This document shows, piece by piece, positions 38,242-50,254 of a DNA stretch of 50,254 nucleotides. Every line of letters starts with the position of its first letter. Position 1 is the stretch's first letter. The DNA is taken from assembly GCA_001938485.1 (NCBI GenBank), contig MQRK01250496.1, positions 1 through 50,254 on the forward strand. The letters are read 5' to 3'. This stretch comes from Girardia tigrina. Lineage: Eukaryota. Under the pieces are notes generated by a model. That model made no database searches. It had not been told where the DNA came from and saw only the letters and a list, made by a program, of their open reading frames with translations. The translations under genes were made by a program, and so were the position numbers.

Positions 38242-39868
38242 ATGTAGACTATACTATTTGTATTAGTCGTCTACACCAGTGGTACGCAAACTATTTTGTT
38301 GTACCACCCCTTATTCTGTATAAAATTTTGTCGCGAACCCTTGGTAAATAATGGACATTTTTTCAATCAACAGTGTAGTTACAGTGAAAAAAAGAAAAAA
38401 AAATTTAAGAACGGTTTTATTTAGGTATATAGTGATATTAATAGAACTAAGTATTGTTTTATATTTAAACATGTATTTAATGAACAAATTTTCATAACTA
38501 TCAATTAATGAAAAGTGTGGGCTTGCCAAGTTCTAATAATTAGCGTCTATATTACGGTTTATATTTGAAATTGCAAGCCGTAGGTCGTCCTACATATTAT
38601 AACACGTCATTAAAGACACATTAAATTTGAAAAATACAATATAATAAAAATTAATTAAATAAAACAAAAGTTTTATATTTTTAATTTTATTTTTATTTTT
38701 GAATGTAAAAAGAGTGTCTTAGTAATGTTTATTGGCTTGTTAGAGTATGGTATTGTCGAGAGTAAATGCGATGCTGTGTATTTTTTTTTATTATTGGAAG
38801 ATATGTTTATTTGATTTGTTTTATATTGCTTATTTTTATTTATTATCTTTTTGGTTTGAGTGTGTCTTTTATTTTTTATTTTTATATTTTTTTATTCACC
38901 TCCACCGAATGTCAGAAAAGCTAATCTGCATTTTTACGTTAAAGGTTTTAGACCCGCAGATATAGCTTCAACAAGAAAATTAATTCGTCATATAAAAATT
39001 ATAGCTCAGAAACAAGAGAAAGAGAAACGTCAAAAGAGAATTCTTTTTATAAAAAAATCCGTCTTACCGAAGGTAAATTAAATCACATAAAATAATAATT
39101 CCGGCTTCCCATAGAAATATGAGATAATGGAAAATTAAAAAAAAATTAATCATGAAATATTTACAAATGAATTATTACATATAGAAGTTATAAAGCTTAC
39201 GACAATTTGGACACAAATTAATCAATGAATATTGTCTATTGCCGTTTTCCAGCAATCCAAATTAATCAGAGAACTATCCTATTATTTTTTTGACTTACGT
39301 TATTTTTACGACATCGTGAGTGATTGTTTTGTTTTGTGAATATCAAAAAAAACTTAACCGTTGTAAACTAGTTAATTGCATTACAGTATTTGTTAAAGTT
39401 ATTTTATTTTGGATTTTTCTTACATAATATAGAGAAGAATAAAATATTCATAACCAATTAGATTAACTAACGAGTATTTTATTTTTTTACCACGTTTTTC
39501 TTAGCTTGATTTCTTGTCTGTCTGGAACAAATCTTGCGATTGATTTTTAGACCACTTTCGGTCATCCAATTGAGCTGATTTTTTTTATACAGGCTTGGTT
39601 CCGATGACAATACAATATTTTAAAACATTTACGGCATTTATCTTTATTAAACCGCATATGCTATAATTAAATAGCTTATGTCTTATATGGGAAAATAATC
39701 TGTGTTAATGATGTACGGAAAAAATTAATAAATTGAACAAATATTGTGAAAATCAAGTGATAATTAAGTGTAGAATAGATGTTTTAAAATTAGGTTTAAA
39801 AAATAGTTAAATAATATTATTAATAAAAAAAATTTTTATAAAAACAACCACGTTTTTCAAGCATTACC

Positions 39869-40175
39869 AATGCAGTAAAAAGAGGAAAATAATTTTTTTT
39901 CTAGACATGAGCGAAATTTTATACCTAACCAAAAACGTGGGGCATAGAAATGATCGATTGTTACTAAAAAGCAGTAACTTTAAAATAATTTGTTTTCTTT
40001 CACTTCCTGATAGGCGAAATTCTTCTAAAATTTAAAAATTTTATTCTAGTTTCTAAAAGCAAAATATTATGTTTTTAACATACTATTGATTCAGAAAACC
40101 GCCCCACGTTTTTGGTTAGGTATAAAATTTCGCACATGTCTAGAAAAAAAATTATTTTCTTCTTTTTAGTGCATT
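39869..40175. mobile_element. Foldback/MITE with ~74-bp inverted arms
   Basis: 39869-39942 is a near-perfect reverse complement of 40102-40175. Confidence 0.75.
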
Positions 40176-40629
40176 AATTTTATAATTAATCGTCAATTTC
40201 GAGATTACATAGTTTCACAGGTTACGTAGACAAGTTAAGGAAGCATATTTACCTGCTTAGCTTGTTTCCGTAACACTAATGTATTCGAAAAGCGGGGGAA
40301 AATACAAATCTACGTAAAATATTTACTAATATCACAAGTAGAATTGTGATTACAACAGTTACTCAAACCACTTTCACTATTCGACATTTCTTCTTGATTA
40401 ATAACTTTCTGTGTTATCTTATTATTTTGAAAAAAAATTGAAAAATAATTATAATATAAATTAATTATCAAAACTCTCATTAGTTAAAATCAGATCTAAA
40501 CATTTTATAAATCAAATTAAAATTTTAAATTAAAAAAATTTCAAACGTAATATTATTTTTTTTAATATAAAATTTTAATTTTAATTATTTTCCAAATTTT
40601 TCAAAGAACTAAGATGACACAGAAAAAAT

Positions 40630-40860
40630 AAAAAATTATTCATAAATAATCACAAATACATTCATAATTAATCAAAAATTAAATATTAAATAATTCAAAA
40701 ATGGTTAATAAATAATAAACATTCATTCAAAAATAATCACCAATTAATTAACAAATAATCACAAATTAATAAATAAATAATCATAAATTAATTAATAAAT
40801 ATTCACAAATTACATAATAAACAATCAAAAATTAATTAACAAATAATTATAAATTACTGA
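40630..40860. repeat. Minisatellite of the same family as 1-395
   Basis: ATAAATAATCACAAATTAAT units. Confidence 0.8.
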
Positions 40861-40880
40861 TTATATATAAATTTACTTAC

Positions 40881-41175
40881 TTATCCTTTTATATTTGTTC
40901 TTGTGATACTCCTCGATGGTCGGAGTATCCATGCCATCCTCCACAACAAACGTCCCGTTTGCCCAGCACAAATTTGTGACGAAGCCGTCAAAATTTGTGC
41001 AGCTGGGACCCGTTGGGATGTAGCATTCCATTTGCGATTTATAATACGTCTTGCACGATATAATAGCCGACACAACGAGCAGCAATTGCACGGTTGTCGT
41101 GCTGCTCATTTTATCGGCTATATCCTCAAGTGGATTTTGAAATATAAGATTTGATTTTAAAAATTCTCCTATCAT
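40881..41175 (-). CDS. inx: Innexin (invertebrate gap-junction protein), first coding exon
   Basis: LEDIADK, TM1, MECYIP…FVTNLCWANGT (the two conserved extracellular Cys). Acceptor TTTTAG|ATG and a phase-1 donor GTAAGT just before where YYQW is expected. No later exon found in the window. Confidence 0.85.
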
Positions 41176-41357
41176 CTAAAAAAAATTTAAAAAAGGTCAT
41201 TTAAGACACGTCATTAATTTTAAAAAATAAAATATAATAAAAATTAATTATTTAAAACAAAACTTATATTTTTAATATTATTTTTATTTCAATAATTTTT
41301 ATTTTTGAATGAAAATATTTTCAATATTGAAAATTTCCGAATATGACTTAATATTTT

Positions 41358-41609
41358 TATTAATACAAGTTTGATTATCCCCAGGACAATTTTTGTCAAA
41401 ACATTCGTACTATTGATTCCGACTAATTAATTAATGACCTTATTCTTATTATCTGAGCAAATGGAGAGTTAAATAAATTGGTTAAAAATTAAAATAATTA
41501 TTTATTATTTTAAAAATATTAATTCTCTTTATTTATTTAAAAATTGTAAATAAAAAAATAAACTTATTTAAAATTTTATAATTATTTAAAATTCGAAATA
41601 TTCCTCACA
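41358..41609 (-). mobile_element. Probable short solo LTR of the TGTGAGGAA group
   Basis: Ends with TTCCTCACA. Candidate TSD ATTTT on both sides, but it is low complexity. Confidence 0.4.
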
Positions 41610-43330
41610 ATTTTTATAAAACACTTTCATTACTTTATTTACAGTGAAAAAAACAAAAAAAAATTAAGAACGGTTTTATTTAGGTATATAGTGATATCAA
41701 TAGAACTAAATATGGTTTTATATTTAAACATGTATTTAATGAACAAATTTTCATAACAATATCAATTAATGTAAAGTGTGGGCTTGCCAAGTTCTTAAAA
41801 ATGTTTGAGTTACATAATTAATCTTTATGCTTAGTTTCCAAATTTCTTTTTAATTTGGCAGGTTTCATGCTTTCATGTGCCAGTTTTTCATTACAATTAA
41901 CACACAGTCGGTCTCATTGATAATCCAAAATGTAAATCCGTATTTAATAAATTCTTCTTGATATTTTCCGTCTTATTACAAGTAGAAGCTGAGCCAGCGG
42001 ATTCATTTTTATTTACATTTTCATTAGTAGTTTTTCTAAGTTTATTAGCCTTATGTATATCATTCCAATTTTCATTGTCATTCTCTTGTAAGCGTTTGAT
42101 ACCTGTTTTTAAAAATTTATCCATCGCGATAAAACTGACAACTAAAATAAAATTTATTAATTTATTTTTAATTTAATTAATTTATTTTATTAATCAAATT
42201 TATTATTTATTACCTCGAGAGCACGTTTCTAAACTTAAAAAAAATTTGAACATGCGTGTTGCAACATAAAGATATGAAATTGGTAACCGATACATCTAAT
42301 TTTATCTTTATATATTGCTAACGCTAAAATATTTTTGAAATAAAATACCATTTTCAGTGTTAATAGTTGGTTGATTGTATCTTTGTATTGAAATAAATTT
42401 CTTCGAATTTAGCGAACACCCAAAATCTGTTCGCAACAACTCCGGGGATAGCTACGCATAGTGAGGGCACCACCGGTCTACACGATAAGTTATAGTAATT
42501 TCACTTCATATATTGTTAGATTATTAAATCTCTTAACAATAATTTTTTTTCTAAAATTTCCTATCTGGATTGTAAAAAGAAATTATATTCAAAAAATATT
42601 TATTCAAAATTAGATTATTTTGAATTTCAGATTTTTCAGATATCATGAATTACCGTTGTTTGGAATTCAAATTTGTATTATTAATATACATGTTATAATT
42701 ATTATTTATATTGAATTTGGATTCAATCACTAATCCTCAAAATCAATATCAAATACATCTGAATAATTATCGAATAACAATCACTGTTATTTATCGCTTG
42801 CACTATATATATTTTTGTGTATATAATTAAGTTAAGAAAATTTAAATAAAGCATTAAATAATTAAATATTAAAGTAAAAAAAATTAAATAAAGAAAAAGA
42901 ATTCAAAATAAATTTAGATGTTGTTCATATTGGCAATATTGATATTTGCTGATTGTTGATCCAGTCATGTGACTCTTGTTGTTCGAGTTTTCGAACTTGT
43001 TTTCTACCACCGTTTTTTATTCGGCCAGTTTGTGTGCGGGTATCTTGGGTATTCGAGCAGATAGAATCAGTGAAATAGCTCGCTCTTATTGGCCGTTGAT
43101 CGTCAAATCATAGCTAGCTGTGGCAAAGAGAAATTTTAAAGTGAATAAATCACTTTTTTACTGATTCAAAAACTGTTGTTTCGATTGTTTCTCAAAAATT
43201 AAAAATTTTTAATTTTATGAACATGAACTTTCGATTGGCAATTGTTCTCGATTTTAATAATGAAATTCAACGATTTTTTACTCGATGCAATACTTCGACA
43301 TGTTATCGCCTTTAAATTGCTTGTACTATA

Positions 43331-45005
43331 CGTGGTGCGCTCAATAAGTAGAACATTGTTGAAAGGATTATTGTATAAACCCGTGTCAGTACTCTTTCGA
43401 AATACTTCAGTTTCATAGTCCTTCGATTTTCTTTCAATTAATACATCCAAAAATGAAATCTTGTCCCCTGATTCGATTTCACTGGTAAATNNNNNNNNNN
43501 NNNNNNNNNNNNNNNNNNNNNNNNNNNNNNNNNNNNNNTGGTTTTTATTTTCAAAAATCAAGAAGATATCATCAACATATCTAGTATAAAATAAAGGCAT
43601 GTTTCCTTCAAAAAAATTGAATTTTTTCTCCAAACTTTGAAGAAATATTGACGCCATTAAAGGTGCTAATGGAGACCCCATTGCCACTCCATCAACCTGC
43701 ATGTACCATTCAACTAATGTACCATTCAACTAACATAGTGAGCCTAACATAAGAGTAATAATCCGATTCCAATGAAATTTATTTTTCATAACAAGCAAGT
43801 TTTAAAGGTATCATTTCTCAAAGAAATCTCCATTCACACCAAAACATTTTTTCCAGCGCACAACAAGTTCCAGAAAGACTTTTTCGAAGAATTTCGGTGG
43901 CTGTGGAGCCAAGAAATTTGAGACTTCATCTTTCAAATCTTCTTTCGTAGCAAAATGTTGACCCCTGAGAGCTCTCTTGAGGTGGTTGAAGAGATGATAA
44001 TCGGATGGCGCCAGATCCGAACTGTATGGACGATGTGAGAGTAGGGTGAGGCCACAACCCACAATTGATGACATTGACAGCCCACTTGTGTGGATGGGTG
44101 CATTGTAGTACAAATAATATAACTCATAAACTCTGCTCTTCCTTCTCAGCTTTCTGGCCTGTAGCACGAGCCGGGAGTAGTATTCACTGTTGGTACGAAC
44201 ACCAGCTTCCGCAAATTCGGCAAGGATCATTCCATTTGCATCCCAAAAAGTGGTGAGCATGAGAGCTTTTTTTTGAGAGGTTGATGTTCGCATCTTTTTC
44301 GAACACCCTTCACCTGGCAGCTTCCACTCTTGAGACTCACGTCTTGATTCTGGAACATAAAGGGCAAGTGGTGTTTCATCCATTGTCCTAATATTCTGTA
44401 AAAAGCGGTTTCCAATACGTTCAGAGGTTTAAGTTTTCCTGGCAGCACATCAATCGCTGATCCTTCATGTGTGCTGTTAAAAACCGTTGCACGAGGCGTG
44501 AACACAATTTTCTAATTCCAGTTTCCGCAAGCAGGGATTGTATGGTACCTGTGCTGACATTTAATCGCATTCTTTGCTGGTGATTCGTCGCTCACACCGC
44601 ACGATTTTCTTGAGTCTTTTCGCTATTTCTTCACCAATTTCACGTGGTCTACCTGACTTTTCTTCATCAAAAACAGACATTCGACCATCTCGAAAATGGT
44701 TGAACCTTCGTTTGACAGTAGATATGGATGGACTCTCTTCGCCATAAACAGAACTTAGCTGCACGAATATTTCTTCCTGGATTTTCCCTTTCATTAACAA
44801 GAAACGAATAACGCTTCAATATTGGACGTTTTCCAATGGCATTTTCGAATTTATGCGCTCTCTAACCTAAACACAAATAATGTATTAAAACGAATATCAC
44901 AAATATTACCTTTGCTTTAAATATAAATATTGCTTTTATGAAAAAAATCATTGGAATCAGAATATTAGTTCTATGTTAGGCTCACTACTTATTGAGCGCA
45001 CCACG
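43331..45005 (-). mobile_element. mariner (DD34D), near full length, frameshifted
   Basis: TA|CGTGGTGCGCTCAATAAGTAG…TGAGCCTAACATA, with the matching TIR ending at 45005|TA. ORFs 44561-44800 (HTH) and 43811-44383 (MDET, FWD, YSSDLAPSDYHLF). Confidence 0.93.
43352..43735 (-). mobile_element. Penelope-like reverse-transcriptase fragment inserted in the mariner TIR
   Basis: QVDGVAMGSPLAPLMASIF, RYVDDIF, FLDVLI and VFRKSTDTG. Confidence 0.9.
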
Positions 45006-45332
45006 TATCTATTTTTTATGTGTATAAAATGTTATTGCTATTAATATTTGTTTTGAAATTCTAATCTCATGTTTTCAAAGAAAGATGCAATGTTAATTTT
45101 GAATTTCGTTTGCGAGAGTGAATATTATAATTGACTATATTTATTTGCATTCACAATCATTATCAGTATCATATCTTTTAGTGATTGAATATCACGAATT
45201 GTTGTTTTCTGTTTAATTTAAATTATGGTTCCTGTCTCAAAAAGTTTGTTGATAAAGGAAATTTAAAGATTTAATTAAAGCAATTGTTAGATTAATGAAA
45301 TATACTATTTTTAGCGATTTTCTTATCAATTT

Positions 45333-45403
45333 AACGGCCCAGCACGATGAAACCGAACTCTAATCTTTTGATATCCTGCGCCCCTCTGCTACCACTGACC
45401 GGT
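45333..45403 (-). other. Degenerate tRNA-like/SINE head
   Basis: Box A-like TCAGTGGTAG and box B-like GAGTTCGGTTT. No intact cloverleaf. Confidence 0.3.
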
Positions 45404-45866
45404 CTTTAGGACAGCCTAGGGGTTGCCCGGAACAACCTTTATCATTCGTTTGAGAAAAATCATGCAATTCGCACTCTTTCTTTTTATCTAAATTATTCCA
45501 AATTAACGTGAATCATTTCATATTAATAACTCCAAAATTCTTTGATTTTATGAACATCGAAGCCTCTTTATTTTAGAGTAAATAAATATTTTTTTATAAC
45601 TGAATATATTTTTATTACAATATGATTTTATTTTAATCATATTAAATCAAACTACGTCAAATACTTAATTATGAGAATGACTTAATTTTAAAAATTATCA
45701 GCAAAATTTTATTAAAACCAGTTTTTACAACTGGTTACTTTATTTTATAATTTACTAATAATTTTATTGAAAATTAAATCACAGTAAATTCATATCTCGT
45801 CACAAATTATATGTATGACTTTTTATTACAGAATGTGTATAATTTCAAGAATCAGTTAATCACAGC

Positions 45867-46309
45867 TGTGAGGAATATTTGGTGTGTGGATGTTTTTGTG
45901 TAGTTTTTGTATGTTCAAATGTTTTATGTTGATTTGGGATTGTGCCTCTCCTAACCAGATGGATTATCAATATTTAATTTTTATNNNNNNNNNNNNNNNN
46001 NNNNNNNNNNNNNNNNNNNNNNNNNNNNNNNNNNNNNNNNNNNNNNNNNNNNNNNNNNNNNNNNNNNNNNNNNNNNNNNNNNNNNNNNNNNNNNNNNNNA
46101 TGACTATAAAAATATTTTATTTCAGCCAATAAAATTTAAAGTAAATATTTTTAAATAAAATAATTTTCTCAAGTTAGTTCAGATTATAATGGGAGATATT
46201 GAAAATTGATTGATGGATTCTAGTGAAAGCCATAATATTGATCATCATAAAGATGATAAAAATTGTGAATATAATAAATGTTCTGTCAAATGTGTGAGTT
46301 CTCTTAACA
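45867..46309 (+). mobile_element. Solo LTR, TG...CA ends, 5-bp TSD ACAGC
   Basis: ACAGC|TGTGAGGAATATT … CTCTTAACA|ACAGC. Confidence 0.8.
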
Positions 46310-46999
46310 ACAGCTAAATATGTGTATCTCTTCTCAATTTGACTTTTGGTTTGCTGACATATTTTTACATATATTTTGAAGGGTTGTCTTAAGACATTTA
46401 TCGATTTAGATATTAATTCTTTTTCCATTAATATCTTAACTATATTTCAACTCTTTCTAATACTAGTTTTCTAATTCATTTGATGTGACCCGTAGTTATT
46501 GAGATGGATTAAATATACAATAAAAAAGTGACTCAAAACTATTCACGTCGATTGATGTTGCGGTAGTGACACTGACATCAATTATCTATTGCCATCAAAA
46601 AGTGCGACCGTGTGTGAACTTTTTGATGATGGAACTTCCTGGGATGCTAATGAACAAATCCCATCACACACTGAAACTCTTCAAATGCTACATAAAGTCT
46701 GCCCCTATCTGTTTAAACATTCCTTTGCTGATGAATTCAGAAATTTAGACACTTTTCTGTCAACTCCGCGGCATTCAACAGTAAAACGCATGAGTTCTCT
46801 AAATTTTACAAATAAAATGTACGGTACGCTACTTAGTGTTTTGTTTTGATTGAGTGAGGCGATCATTGTAATGGGGAGAGGTAGTCGTGTAGCACGTTGA
46901 TTCACAAATTGATTCTAAGGTAATATGGAGATGTGTGGAATATACCAAAGGAAAATGTTCAGCACGGTGTCACTCTATCGGTGATGAAGTTGTTGCTGT

Positions 47000-47505
47000 T
47001 ATTTAAAATCATAATCATACTCCCGATTCTACAAGAGAATTTGTCAAAGAAAAATTATTTTTAATAAAGATCAAGCAATAAATACCCGGAACACAACTCA
47101 ACAAATAATATCGAAGATTTCTCTTATATTGTGATTGCCGTACAAATACCATCCACAAAACTGATGAGTAGGATGATAAAAATAAAAATGTATCGAACAA
47201 AGCAATATCTTACAAACCCATTTTTTGAGCGATTTGAGAATCGATGCTCTGTACAATGTAACATTTATTAATGAATCCCTTTTATTGCATGACAACATTG
47301 ATTCAAATAACCGTATGCTAGTTTTTTCAACATCAAAAAATTGAATCTCTTATTTGAATATGAACATTGGTATATTGACGGTGCATTTAAAGCAGTGCCC
47401 CATTTATTTAATCAATTGTATACAATTCACGGAATTAAGTATAATGTACTACCATCCGTTTTTCTTTTACTCACCAACAAAAGGGAAGAAACGTATATAC
47501 ATTTA
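47000..47505 (+). mobile_element. MULE transposase remnant
   Basis: WYIDGAFKAVPHLFNQLYTIHG…LPSVFLLLTNKREETY. Confidence 0.8.
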
Positions 47506-48719
47506 CGAGTTGTGTTTAGTTATTTGTGTTTATTATGTTGTGTCTAGTGATAAGAAATTTCACCAGTTGGATGTAAATGTGTTTATGATTGAATGTGAAT
47601 TGTGTGTGTTAAATTTGATTAGATGTTTGTGTGTGAATGTTCTTTTTGGTAAAAATTTTTCACAATTAATAAGTTAAAAAAAATGTATTCAATAACAATT
47701 TCAAGGTGCAATGTCAAAATAAGTGTGTAAACAGTTTTTAATGTAATGTTGGAGAAAAGTTTAATAAAAACGATTTCTATTTCAAAAAAAGTTGTGCGAT
47801 TAAAAAAATTTATACGAGATTTTAATTTTTATTTCGATAAATACAATGAGATATGAAAAATTACTTTCAACAAAATTAACAAATTGGTTTTCATCAATCG
47901 ACAGTTTTATAAATCCTTATGATAAAGCGTTATGATTATATCCAACAAAAGTTTCAAATATCGTTGGTGAATTTAAAAACGACAATTAGATTTTACCGAC
48001 GATAAATAACATTTTTCTAGATGTCATCTACTGTCATTATAATCAGGATGCTAAAAATTTCTCTGGGATAATTCAATCGATTTGTAATTATTTAATTAAA
48101 CTCTTTGTGTTTTCTGATCGAAAAGTGGCATTAATTCCAATAGAAATTAGGTCTTCGTTTTTATTTGCGTACCTTTCCATTTGCTCGACAATCGGACGAT
48201 GCTGGAGGCACGGTTTCCGTTCCAGGCAGCAATCACCTTTGTTCTGAAAACCATGTCATTATGGCATTTGAAACAATATGTGGATCGGAATGTTACGTCT
48301 CAAATATTCTCGTTCAATGCAAGTGATACAGAGAGCTAGAACTGAAAAAAAACGTTATGGGTTATTATTTATCAATTATTACATTTTTTAAGTTGTCTAA
48401 CAATAATGGATAAGCGTGTCAATGGAATCGTCATGCTAAAATCAAATACTTTAAAAACTCTGATTACTGAAAATTGTAATTACTAAAATTTCAGACTTCT
48501 AAATTTTACGAAGCCAGTGTAACCATTCCAAAAGTGTAGGTTTGAAATCATGCGAATTATCTATATTTTTAAATAGCTCTTTGTTGTAAAAATAATTCAA
48601 GCTGTCGATGCATTTGTGGTGTTGTGTACTGAGGTAGGAAAATTAAGTTAATACTGCCGGTATTCCTGAAATTTTTATGTGAAAGGGGAGATTGTTCACT
48701 TGCATTAGTTTTTTGTAGC

Positions 48720-48950
48720 TTTGCGATTTGGCGATGAAATTTTAGAAGAAGAATTAAAAATTATCCAATCTTTATGATTACTGCTGAATTCTAAGAGTAC
48801 TCTAATTTTGAAAAGCTTTTCGATGAGCCGTTTTATTAATAATAAAAATTGGAAACTTCTCCAACCATGCTTTCCACCATTGATATACATAATTTTGAAT
48901 GCTTTCTGTTTATGTATATGTTGATCCACTTAATTGAACAGATCTAACTT
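48720..48950 (-). mobile_element. Possible hAT dimerisation-domain relic
   Basis: YQWWK…EKFP and SSKSFSKL, in different frames. Confidence 0.3.
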
Positions 48951-50140
48951 GAATTATTACTGATTATGTTGAGTTCAATATTTAAAATAAATTATACGAT
49001 AAAAACACAATTTATTAAAACAACAATAAAACTGATCCATGCACACATGGTAAAAGTTTTTAAAAAACAATGAATAATTAAACCCTGTCTAAGTGAGATA
49101 TTTGTACAAATTGATTGGATAGAATGTCATTGAGAATCGTATAATATTGTTTGATAGATTATATTTCATCTTAACGGGATCTGTTTTCTGAAATTTTACT
49201 CAGTAGATTTCTTTATAATGCGGATATGAGTAATAATTATGACAAAAATAAGAAATATGAGATGACTTGTTTAAAAAAAGTTGAAAGATAATATCCAAAG
49301 CAGTATGTGACTTCTGAATTTATTTTATAATGACAAAAGTATGGATATGGATAAAGGTAAGAGAAAAATTGTTTTCTTAATTACTTTTACTTAAATTTGT
49401 TTTTATAATTTCTTCCTATCATTAAATCAGTACTGACCCTCTTCCGTAAAATGTTGGGCTGCATTGAAAAATTTTTTATTCCACTGGCCCCTACCACAAA
49501 AGGAGTTTTAATTTAGTATGAAGGTGAAAATTTTAAATAATCATTTCAAACGATCGAATTTTATTTTATTTCCATTATTTAAAATTAAAAAAAATCATTG
49601 TCAATAGATTTTGGTAGACACACTATTTATCAGCAATTCTTTTACTATAGACCTATTATTTTGTTCAAGTATAAGTATTACGATCATGTAACAAACTCAA
49701 CAGGTACACAAAATGTAAATGCATAAAATAATGATATTAGCATGAAAAAAATAAAACCAAGTAAATGAACAAATTTAATGCTTTTTGAATAGAGAAACAA
49801 ATATTATTTAAGTAGAATTTCACAAGGGTGTATTTATATCTCTTTACTAAAACAAAAGTAAAAAAGTATATTATTCATAAACTTTTTTGTTTTATTTCTT
49901 GAGATTTTGAATCTGATATAATTTAGAATATCACGGTTTTAATATGGCTCATTTATAATATATGTACTTTTACAATAAATTTTATTATATAATTCACTTT
50001 TTGCCATCACCATAAATCATTTTTAACTATTTATGCGTGGATGAATTTCTAAGAGTGCAGCTATATTGTCACTTGATGAATATTTAAGCATCAGTGATGA
50101 GTAGGGAGAAAATGGGCATTCTGCCTACACCCCCCCCTAG

Positions 50141-50254
50141 CCGTAACCATGGCAACGGTATAGGTTATCGTGGTTACCATGGCAACGGTATAGGTTATCG
50201 TGGTTACCATGGCAACGGTCGCGATTACCATAGCAACGGTCGCGGTTACCATGG
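50141..50254. repeat. Tandem repeat (30-bp then 21-bp units) with core GTTACCATGGCAAC, running off the window
   Basis: Cores at 50143, 50173, 50203, 50224 and 50245. Confidence 0.9.

Larger units (their letters stand above)
38277..42475 (-). mobile_element. hAT Buster composite element with 8-bp TSD GTCTACAC, enclosing an innexin exon
   Basis: GTCTACAC|CAGTGGTACGCAAACTA … TAGTGAGGGCACCACCG|GTCTACAC. Transposase N-terminus MDKFLK…HESMKPAKLKRNLETKH at 41800-42124. The 3' segment occurs twice (38380-38533 and 41640-41795). Confidence 0.7.

Noticed and set aside
45333-45403. Functional tRNA gene
   Set aside because: No complete cloverleaf. Kept only as a weak SINE-like head.
46560-46960. Overlapping short ORFs
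   Set aside because: Coding-like composition, but no motif I can assign on either strand.

Overview
Very AT-rich invertebrate eukaryotic DNA, not prokaryotic. The innexin exon, short introns and transposon mix suggest a flatworm such as a planarian (inference). There are four N-gaps. Host content: (i) a + strand gene of 8 exons (19580-34594, about 828 aa, all splice phases consistent) whose C-terminal half resembles TOPAZ1, and (ii) a lone first coding exon of an innexin (40881-41175, - strand). The rest is a dense, nested set of transposon remnants: several mariners (including a DD39D plant-type copy), Tc1/rosa/IS630-like and pogo elements, Merlin, MULE, hAT/Buster, piggyBac, Helitron, Penelope, a probable Polinton relic, and short solo LTRs with 5-bp TSDs. 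The most notable items are: a nearly intact CryptonI-like tyrosine-recombinase transposon inserted in a MULE transposase; a minimal type-I hammerhead ribozyme at 1242-1284; the innexin exon enclosed by Buster-hAT termini with an 8-bp TSD; a ~670-bp palindrome built from a mariner 5' end; and an RFX X-box tandem array at the window end. All family assignments come from motif recognition by eye and have not been checked against databases.
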